From contig NW_021823747.1 in the NCBI RefSeq assembly GCF_006345805.1, positions 1 through 21,328 of the forward strand: a stretch of 21,328 bases of DNA, given 5' to 3'. This stretch comes from Octopus sinensis (Eukaryota). The position numbers and the translations under genes were made by a program. Position 1 is the first letter of the stretch. Each line of letters begins with the position of its first letter. Below are positions 1-9,491 of this stretch, one piece after another. The notes under the pieces were generated by a model, which was not told the DNA's origin, searched no databases, and saw nothing but the letters and a program-made list of their open reading frames with translations.

Positions 1-132
1 GTGACCTAAACGAAACATGTATAGACATATATATACACACCGTCACTCAGCAACGGTAGCACTTCCAATTTGCGACGTTGGTAAAAATCCCGCATGCTCA
101 ACAATTATACGAAGTTTAGCTCGCTTAGTACA

Positions 133-620
133 AGTTAATAAATCAATTGAAATTACACTCGTAATAAAAAAAAAAGGTGTGTTACAAGAGTTAATGACAA
201 TTATTAGCAAGAAGGCAAGGGAGGGAACTCTGTAATTTACACTGATAGTAATTTACACTGATAGAACGCAAGGGGAAGTAACTCTGATGTTTGATAGTTA
301 TGGTGCAGTTTCTGGACATTTCGTCCTAAAGTTTTTCCAAAGAGCGTTTCTGTTTTCGCTATGAAACTCTGGACTAACAGTTAATAAATCAATTGAAATT
401 AAACTCGTAATAAAAAAAAGGTGTATTACAAGAGTTAATGACAATTATTAGCAAGAAGGCAAGGGAGGGAACTCTGTAATTTGCACTGATAGTAATTATA
501 CGGAGAACGCAAGGGGAAGTAACCCTGATGTTTGATAGTTATGGTGCAATTTCTAGACGTCTCGTCCCCAAGTTTTTCCATAGAGCGTTTCTGTTTTCGC
601 TATGAAACTCTGGACTAACA
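133..620. repeat. Direct tandem duplication, two copies of ~245 bp (133-378 and 379-620)
   Basis: AGTTAATAAATCAATTGAAATT starts at 133 and 379; both copies end in TATGAAACTCTGGACTAAC; scattered substitutions between copies. Confidence 0.95.
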
Positions 621-1088
621 AGATTTGTACTTCGGTTAATATGCGATGAACGATCAATGTTTTTTTTTTTTTTCTTTGCGATTGTTGTTGACGTTGTTGC
701 TGTTGAAGTTATTGCCGTTTATGAAATCTTGAAACAAATGGTTGTTCCTAAAAAACAAAATTTTATTTGAACCCCCCCCTCTCTCTCTCTCTCTTTCTTT
801 CTCCCCCTCTCGTTGCCCTCTTTGTGTGTGTGTACGTGCATGTTAGTGAGCGCGTTTGCGTATTTTACCTGAGATAGATTCTCACATAATTAGTTTCGGA
901 TTTAACTATTTAGCTATATATCTGACTACAAACGTATCACAATGTACAGATTCACTTTGCCTGTCTGTCTGTCTGTCACTCTCTCTCTCTCTCTCTCTCT
1001 CTCTCACATATGCACACTCACACACATACGCACAAAACGTTTCTAATGTATACGCATATGCATGCATGCAAATATATACGTATGTATA

Positions 1089-1311
1089 TTTACTCTTTTA
1101 CTTGTTTCAGTCATTTGACTGCGGCCATGCTGGAGCACCGCCCTTAGTCGAGTAAATCGACTCCAGGACTTATTCTTAGTAAGCCTAGTACTTACTCTAT
1201 CGGTCTCTTTCGCCGAACCGCTAAGTTACGGAGACATAAACATACCAGCATCGGTTACCAAGCGATGTTGGGGGGGACAAACACAGACACACAAACAACA
1301 CACACACACGC

Positions 1312-1346
<35 letters not shown>

Positions 1347-1511
1347 TACGACGGGCTTCTTTCAGTTTCCGTCTACCAAATCCACTTGCGAGGCTAAGGT
1401 CGGCCCGAGGCTATAGTAGAAGACACTTTCCCAAGGTGCCACGCAGTAGGACAGAACCCGGAACCATGTGGTTGGTAAGCAAGCTACTTACCACACAGCC
1501 ACTTCTACGCC
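1089..1511 (-). mobile_element. tRNA-derived SINE, family A, near full length
   Basis: Minus-strand head has box A TGGCTGTGTGG (1491-1501) and box B-like GGTTCTGTCC (1449-1458), then CORE-like TTGGGAAAGTGTC, an internal (TA)n(TG)n tract and tail CCAGCATGGCCGCAGTCAAATGACTGAAACAAGTAAAAGAG; second copy at 18735-19153. Confidence 0.9.
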
Positions 1512-1917
1512 AGGGTAAAATTTAAAAACATATTTTTGACGACTAATCAGGAATAGATGAACATCATAAACGTGTTTCTTCATAATTAGAAGAATAAATA
1601 CAAAGTATACAAAGTAAAATGGCCGAAAGGACATACAATAGAAAATTGCATATCCGGTCTTACCGGATATACACTTTTTGATTGTTTTGGCTACATCATT
1701 AAGGCAAGCATTAGCTATTATTTTTGACGACTTTATCAATATAGTAGGAATACAGACGAATATAATAAGGTTTATACTGTCTTTATGAACGCTTTTGTAA
1801 TTTCAAAACGATCTTTAATCTGCACCAGTGAATTTATGAACGATAAACGGACACTAATAAATATTTATAGAAATTTGTGTCTATGGGTGCGTTCATATTA
1901 AACTCTCTTCCTCTGTA

Positions 1918-1990
1918 TAACACACACACACACACACAAATGTACTTACATATATGCCTGCATACGCACACACATATATACTCGTTTATG

Positions 1991-2022
<32 letters not shown>

Positions 2023-2043
2023 CACACACACATATGCACACAC
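1918..2043. repeat. (CA)n/(TA)n compound microsatellite
   Basis: Read directly from sequence. Confidence 0.9.
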
Positions 2044-2149
2044 GATTCAAAAACACTTTCTCTCGACCTACCATATTGTTTCATAAACCATTCTTCGTGA
2101 AATAGAAAACAAGGCTTGCTTTATTGATTGGTAGTCTTCCTCGCTGTGC

Positions 2150-2450
2150 TGGTGTCTCTCACATATGTACTCTCCTATATATTTGATGTGCCATTCACTC
2201 CAACAGATCTGCTCATGTATAACTGGTGTGTCATTGTCTCTCATAGATGTGGTAGTGTACATTTGGCGTGCTATTGACTCTCATAATTGTGCTATTGACT
2301 CCCATAGATTTACTGCGGACTCTCATGAGTGTGTGTCACTCATAGATCTGCTGTTGTGTTTAGGTGTGCTCATATATAATTCGTGTGCTATTGTCTTTCA
2401 TAAATGTGCTGATGAATATTTCATGTAATGTTGACTCTCATAAATGCGTT
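2150..2450. repeat. Degenerate ~21-bp minisatellite (approx. GTGCTATTGACTCTCATAAAT)
   Basis: Recurrent GTGCTATTG and (A/T)CTCTCATA motifs at roughly 20-22 bp spacing, most evident in 2268-2450. Confidence 0.7.
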
Positions 2451-2640
2451 GTTCATTTTCAAAACTGCGCCGTTATTTTTTAACATGTGGTAATTCGCGA
2501 TGTCCTTTTGTGTAACGCTATACTCAAAGTAGGTAGAGCGTTCTCTAGACGCATCTAATTTTTTATTTAAATTTTCATACCAAAAAATGTTTTACGAGGT
2601 TAATTTCTAATCTGTCTCTAAATATGAAAGGGTTATTTTG

Positions 2641-2645
2641 ATATA

Positions 2646-2714
<69 letters not shown>

Positions 2715-2751
2715 GTATGTATGTATATAATATATATATATATATATTATG

Positions 2752-2803
<52 letters not shown>

Positions 2804-2849
2804 TATTTATATACATATATATATATACATATATGTTTATATATATATA
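2641..2849. repeat. (TA)n-rich microsatellite
   Basis: Read directly from sequence. Confidence 0.95.
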
Positions 2850-2943
2850 GGGAGAATTCACGAAAAAAACAAAAGACGAAGATATGTGGTGTAAACAACA
2901 AACAGATGTATTTGTATAACGCTAGGGAAGTGAAAAAGTCTTT

Positions 2944-2971
2944 AATGTTTCGAGCCTACGCTCTTCCGCAG
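2944..2971 (-). ncRNA. Degenerate hammerhead-ribozyme-like motif (Penelope/retrozyme-type relic)
   Basis: Minus strand reads CTGCGGA-A-GAGC(GTAG)GCTC-GAAAC-ATT: perfect 4-bp stem II followed by GAAAC; core deviates from CUGANGA; stems I and III weak. Confidence 0.4.
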
Positions 2972-3000
2972 AATGGAACACAGAAAGAACCAAGGAGAGA

Positions 3001-3127
3001 ATATACATATATATATATACATGCATATTTATATACATATATATATATACATATATATATATAACATATATGTAATATATATATATATAGTATATATATA
3101 TATATTATATATATATGTATATATAGT

Positions 3128-3159
<32 letters not shown>

Positions 3160-3321
3160 TTATATATATAGTATATATATACATATATGTTATATATATA
3201 TATATATATGTATATATATGTATATATACATTTATATATATAGGTATATATATACATATGTATATTATATATATATATATGTATGTATATATACATTTAT
3301 ATATATAGGTATATATATACA

Positions 3322-3364
<43 letters not shown>

Positions 3365-3393
3365 TTATATATATAGGTATATATATACATATG

Positions 3394-3424
<31 letters not shown>

Positions 3425-3668
3425 TTATATATATAGGTATATATATACATATATGTAATATATATATATATATATATATATATAGGTATATATACATATA
3501 TGTATATAATATATATATATATATCTATATATGTATATATAATATATATATAATATATGTATATATGTATATATACATTTATATATATATATATATATAT
3601 AATATATGTATATATATAATATTATATATGTATATATACATTTATATATATATAGGTATATATATACA

Positions 3669-3713
<45 letters not shown>

Positions 3714-3970
3714 TATATATATATATATATAGGTATATATAACATATATGTATATATAATATATATATATATATAGGTATAATATACATATATGTATATA
3801 TATAGATATATATATATGTATATATAATATATATGTATATATATATATAACATATATGTATATATATATATATATTATATATATATATATATATATGCAT
3901 ATATACACACACACACACACATAGATATATATATACATACATATACACATACACAAACACATATCTATAT
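3001..3970. repeat. Compound (TA)n array with higher-order unit GTATATATACATTTATATATATAGGTATATATATACATAT
   Basis: CATTTATATATATAGGTATATATATACAT recurs about five times in 3220-3670. Confidence 0.95.
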
Positions 3971-4166
3971 CAGAAAGATACGAAATGAGATGGAAGAGAC
4001 CCTTACCAAAATATTGGTGTTTACCTTTTTTTTTATAATTCTTTACAATTTGTAATTGCAAATTGTTCACATCTTTCAGTTTTCTAAGAAGAAACACATA
4101 TAAACAAAATTAACAACAGCCAAGCAGAATAGAGAACCAATCTTTGTGAATTCCAAGAAATAACCC

Positions 4167-4197
4167 CAATGACGTCATAAAAGAATCAATGACGTCA
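4167..4197. promoter_or_regulatory. Two perfect CRE palindromes (TGACGTCA) 20 bp apart
   Basis: CAATGACGTCA at 4167-4177 and 4187-4197; function not shown. Confidence 0.4.
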
Positions 4198-4447
4198 CAG
4201 TCAAATGATGAAGTTTGTTTAGAGAGCATGTATGCATGTGTGTGTGTGTGTGTGAGTGAGTGTGTGTGAGTGTGTATTAACACACAAACGCACACATATT
4301 GGTTAATATTCATCCGCAATTCCAACAACCGAAATGAGAGGATTTTCGCAAATAGAAAAATTTAGAGAGCAATGGGAAGATTTTCAGGGGATGTCCAGCT
4401 GTTATAGACCCCATATCGTGTGCTTTACTCCACGTTGAATATTTAGA

Positions 4448-5154
4448 GAAAGGCCTGCAAATATCCTCAGGGGTTACAGCGAAAAGAAAAACAGGTCGCA
4501 TCAACATTTCTCAGCGCCACAGAAAGTGAAGCTCATGGAAAAATATGACAACGACGTGTGGTTGACTGAAAAATTTGTGCATAGGAACATCATCATCATC
4601 ATTGTTCGACCGTGGTCGAGACAATGGAATTTACCATGCTACGCCAGACTTCACAGTCCATCATTACATTACGGAGGTCCTGTTGCTGGATGCCTGTTTC
4701 CCTGGAGATTACATCAGGGTAGGAGAGTGTGCGCCCTCTGGTATTGCGAGTAGATCGCTTCCAGAGGAGAAGAGTAGAAATTACTTCTTTTTCAGCTCTA
4801 CAACAATGTCCAGCAAACTGGACTCTCCTACCTTTCACAAGAGATGACACAGGTGGTAATTTCCCATATATTTGCATTTTGGTTGGATGGCGCTTCATAT
4901 GGCTTTAGAAACAGAACAAATGACTGAAGATCTCTGCTGAGAAGTTAATGAGAAAAATAAAAGAATCAATAAAACTCCATACAAGAAGCAAACGTGAAGA
5001 TTCTGCTCGTGTGTTTGGCAGAGTGGATTCTCCAAAATTCGAAAAACTAAAGCAGCATGCTGTGCATTTCTCTTAGGGCAAGAAATTACGATTAAAGACA
5101 CCTACGATGAAAAGATCCTTGTTATTGAAGCAAATGTCGATTGAAGAATCGTTT
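4448..5154 (+). pseudogene. Decayed pogo-type transposase: N-terminal CENP-B-like HTH plus extreme C-terminus; DDE domain missing
   Basis: ERPANILRGYSEKKNRSHQHFSAPQKVKLMEKYDNDVWLTEKF (4448-4575); resumes after the RTE as IWL*KQNK*LKISAEKLM...LHTRSKREDSARVF, then EWI (5021-5029); then CAFLLGQEI (5061-5087) and LKQMSIEESF (5125-5154). Confidence 0.75.
4588..4896 (-). mobile_element. RTE-clade LINE, 5'-truncated 3' end
   Basis: Open frame KRHPTKMQIYGKLPPVSSLVKGRRVQFAGHCCRAEKEVISTLLLW...DCEVWRSMVNSIVSTTVEQ* matches the RTE ORF2 C-terminal pattern (RRLRFAGHC..., DR..WR); (TGA)n tail. Confidence 0.85.
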
Positions 5155-5619
5155 CTTATGTTTTCTTCATAAACTCATGTGAGTACAAATAATGGCTAGT
5201 AAAATAACTACCTATGTATATGTATACAAAATTATTTAAAACTTTTATAAATTTACTACATAGCCTATAATAAATTTATATAACTAACTTTAGTGTATAT
5301 ATATATATATATGTATGCACAAAAAATATAATTGGACAACATGGCTAACGTTCTCAAGATACGCCATTTTATAGATGCAAATATATAATCATTTCGAAAT
5401 CCGGAACACTTCTAATCCCAAGAATTTCGGATAAAGGATTATGAACTTGTGTATATCTATAAGCCGTCTATCAGCGTACAGTTTACAGTACGGAGCAATC
5501 CCAAAGTCGCTATCGTGATGTTTGAATATGTTTCACCTGCTGAAAGGTATGTGAGCTTGTCATAGTATATAGAATCCTTTATTTTTTAAGACTCGCACAT
5601 TCTTCTCTCTTCGTCTCCG

Positions 5620-5852
5620 ATCTATCTATCTATCTACCTTTCTATCTATCTATCTATCTATATATCTATATACCTTTCTATCTATCAATCTATATATCTA
5701 TATACCTTTCTACCTATCTATCTACCTATCTATATACCTTTCTACCTATCTATCTACCTATCTATCTACCTTTCTATCTATCTACCTATCTATCTACCTT
5801 TCTATCTATCTATCTATCTACCTTTCTATCTATCTATCTATCTATCTACCTT

Positions 5853-5888
<36 letters not shown>

Positions 5889-5992
5889 CCGTTCTATCTA
5901 TCTATCTATCTATCTATCTACCGTTCTATCTATCTATCTATCTATATATATATATATATATATATATCTACCTTTCTATCTATCTATCTATC
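5620..5992. repeat. (CTAT)n array punctuated by ACCTTT/ACCGTT anchors
   Basis: Read directly from sequence. Confidence 0.95.
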
Positions 5993-7017
5993 TTAGTGTT
6001 TATATACATACATACATACATATATATACATTTGTGTTTGTGTGCATACACACACAGCGATTATTATTATTACACTAGTAGCATGAAGAACATTATTCAA
6101 CTCTTCGATCTGAAAGTGCTTGTATAATGCATGCGAACAAAGTTCCAAAAAGACAAAAAACAAAATAAAAAAAACAACGGATTTTATGGAACGTCAGAAG
6201 CAAAAATGCGTGTGTGCGCGCGTGTGTGTGTGTGTGTAGGTAGGTAGGTAATTTACCCCCCTCCTTTTTATGATCCAATAAAACCTTCTATAAGTTCTAT
6301 TTCTCTCTTATAATAACCCGCCATATTTTTCTGCTATTTATCGTTTAGGTTTCCTTTATTCTGTTTCGGTAAATGGTTTATACCAAATACCATAGCATTA
6401 TTTGATTGTACATATAAATAGTTTCTGCGTTATGGAATACATACACACATATATACATACATTACATTACATAGACACATGCATACACACACATATATAT
6501 ATAAGACGTGCCGATGTTTACGTCTTAATGGATGTTTTGCAACGTTATGTACGTATGTACGTATGTATGTATTTATGTATTTATGTCGGCGTGTGCTTTA
6601 CTTCGTATTTATTTATTTATAAGGACGCAGTCGATTCCATTATATTGATGTGCCAGAAATTGGTTTTGTTGATAGATAAATGGAAATTTAGTAAATCACA
6701 TAACTCCTACGCCCACACACACAGACATTGGGTTTGGTTCCATTACCAAAGTAATTTTCAATTGCTTTGTTTCCTAAGAGACAAAACTATTTCTATTAAG
6801 AGTTGTGAATATATTAGGAGCACCACAAATCTGTTGCGTATGAAAAATTCAAATGAGCAGTTCTTGTTCTTTGAGAACTACTTCATCTCAGAGTCATTGT
6901 GTAAGAATTTGGTGCCGTCATGAAGTGCACCTAAAGATGGTGCCTTTATGCTACAAGCTTTAAATAGGACACTCTTGATGGAAACATGATGCATAAACTG
7001 AACAGTCACTAGCCTTC

Positions 7018-7203
7018 CACCTTACCCGTGTGGTGCTTGCATACGACTTGGTCGATTGGACCGTTAAAAGTCAAATGTCTTAGCTACTAACAGAATAACG
7101 GTGTGGTGGTGGCTGTAACAGGACTCGAGTCAACAGTGCCCTCAACATAGCTATCACCACTCCCTGCTTATTATAAGTCACTGATTCAGCCACATTGGTT
7201 AGT
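7018..7203. repeat. Dispersed duplicate, copy 1 (partner 9908-10099)
   Basis: By-eye alignment: ~18 substitutions and one 6-bp indel over 186 bp. Confidence 0.95.
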
Positions 7204-7317
7204 TAGCTAAGATTATAAAATATGAAGAGAGATTGGAGAGAAATTTGACGACTATTCTGAATTTGTTGATTGGTTCATAAGATCTTGAAGAAATATCGTG
7301 TTTCTATGCAAACACAG

Positions 7318-7407
7318 TTGTTTTTGATTTCGCTGATTATGGTTCCAGCACATCGCGAGAAGAAGTAACAAAGATGAGGCCAATGATATTTGAATACGCA
7401 AGCGCAG
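7318..7407 (+). CDS. Candidate internal coding exon of an unidentified gene (phase 1-1): VFDFADYGSSTSREEVTKMRPMIFEYASA
   Basis: Acceptor TGTTTCTATGCAAACACAG, donor CAG/GTAAAT, 90 bp, only one open frame; no recognised homology. Confidence 0.25.
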
Positions 7408-7745
7408 GTAAATACATTTAATGGTGGCGTATCCCTGCATAATAGTTAACGGGGGTGTGATAAATCCTGAACATGCAGCAGCCATCACGCACGCATAGTT
7501 TGTAGCCAAAATCCATGATGAAATCTAATAACAAAGATCTTCTCTCTCTCTCTAATGTTAAGAAGCTGGCTGAAAAACCAAAGTATCGTCCTCGTCCGCA
7601 CGGTCCAGTCCCTCCGATCACCTTTCAATCAACTTCGTCTAACGACTTCTTTGATCGAAGTCTGCACTGTCACTAGCTAAGCATGGAATACAAACCATCC
7701 ATAAATAATCCTATTTACAAGCTTTTTCTTAATTGGTCCCGTCAG

Positions 7746-7747
<2 letters not shown>

Positions 7748-7782
<35 letters not shown>

Positions 7783-7850
7783 TATCTTCATGTAGTTATA
7801 TTATTATTATTTTAGGCAACATATATAGGTGAAAAGAGAGTGAGTGGAAT

Positions 7851-7886
<36 letters not shown>

Positions 7887-7922
7887 TAATAATAATAATA
7901 ATAATAATGATAATAATGATAA
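7748..7922. repeat. (ATC)n, (ATT)n and (AAT)n trinucleotide microsatellites
   Basis: Read directly from sequence. Confidence 0.95.
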
Positions 7923-8178
7923 TCTCGAATACTTCTTTTTCCTCCTTTCTTTCTAATGGCATCTTTGTTCTTCATTAACACGAAACTATTAACAAAATTG
8001 GCAGATACTCAACCTGATGTAGTTACATTATGCAACTTATTTCGATTTTACCAACCGAGAAATCTAGGACGTAGACATGTCTATGTGATTGAAGAACGGG
8101 CCTTTGGATATGTTCCTTCAACCAAAGCAGCAGGTTGACCAATTCTTTTTGAATGGGAACTCTGAAGAACTCAGGCGT

Positions 8179-8180
8179 TA

Positions 8181-8212
<32 letters not shown>

Positions 8213-8527
8213 CATATATGTATATATACATATATATATGTACATATATATATATATATACATATATGTATATATACATATATATATGTATATACATATA
8301 TATGTATATATACATATATATATGTATATATGTATATATACATATAATATGTAATACATATATATGTATATATATATATATATATATATGTATATACATA
8401 TATATGCATATATGTATATACATATATATGTATATATACATATATATGCATATATGTTATACATATATATGTATATATGTATATACATATATAGTATATA
8501 TACATATATATGTATATATGTATATAC

Positions 8528-8558
<31 letters not shown>

Positions 8559-9044
8559 TATGTATATATGTATATATATATAATATATATATATGTATAT
8601 ATACATATATATGTATATATGTATATACATATATATATATTATATATATATGTATATATATATATATGTTTGTATTTACATATATATATATATGTTTGTA
8701 TATACATATATATGTTTGTATATATATATATGTATATATACATATATATACATATATATACATATATACATATATATATACATATATACATACATATATA
8801 TATATATATATAATATATATATATTATATATATATATATATACATATATATATGTATGTATATATACATATATATTATATATATATGTATGTATATATAC
8901 ATATATATATATGTATATATATATATATGTACATACATGTATATATATACACATACATACATACATACATACATACATACATACATACATACATACATAC
9001 ACACACACATATATATATATATGTATATACATATACATGTGTGT
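8179..9044. repeat. Compound (TA)n/(TATATACATATATATG)-type array ending in (ACAT)n
   Basis: Read directly from sequence; source of the poly-Y/I ORFs. Confidence 0.95.
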
Positions 9045-9053
9045 GGGTTTCAG

Positions 9054-9101
9054 TTGCTGATATGCATATAAGAATTGGTGTAGGATATAGATATTGGCAA
9101 G
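9054..9101 (+). CDS. Candidate 48-bp internal exon (phase 1-1): [15 protein letters not shown]
   Basis: Acceptor GTGTGGGTTTCAG, donor AAG/GTAACC; single open frame, phase-compatible with 7318-7407. Confidence 0.2.
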
Positions 9102-9491
9102 GTAACCGAAGAAGCGGTGCTTTACGAACAAAGTCCCTTGTATTGTGGTAGACACTCCCTTGTCACTCTTGCCCTCAAAAACAGCGAACCATGTAAGCAA
9201 CAACGTTACTGTTCACAAATCACGATATTGAATAAAATAAAAATTGAACAAATAGGGTCGGGTGGTGAGTATGATGATGGTGGGGTATTGTCGATAGTTT
9301 TGAGGTTGTTTGGTACACTTTTGGAAAACAGTTTTCTCATCATGCCTCGCATTAATTATTTCTCATCCTCACTTTCTTTAATACCCTGGAGGTACTACGA
9401 GGTACTTGGGGTACACCATAAAATTTAATCTTTAATTAAGAATACATACATCAGGGCTTTGGAACTGTTGTTACTACTGCTGCAGCTAACA

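Larger units (their letters stand above)
4299..5449 (+). mobile_element. pogo/Tigger-family (Tc1/mariner superfamily) DNA transposon, internally deleted and interrupted by an RTE fragment
   Basis: Right end CCGGAACACTTCTAATCCCAAGAATTTCGGATAAAGGATTATGAACTTG resembles the Tigger4/Zombi terminus as recalled; degenerate left inverted repeat GGTTAATATTCATCCGCAATTC at ~4301; transposase remnants inside. Confidence 0.75.

Noticed and set aside
3220-3790. Repeat-spacer pattern resembling a CRISPR array (also 5620-5992)
   Set aside because: Spacers are the same microsatellite, context is eukaryotic and no cas genes are present
6730-6780. Minus-strand YFGNGTKPNV resembling an Ig/TCR J-segment FGXG motif
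   Set aside because: Short motif with no V domain or recombination signals; chance match
7506-7527. Possible C-terminal HDEI (ER-retention-like) if 7407 splices to 7506
   Set aside because: Depends on an unverified exon chain; not canonical HDEL/KDEL
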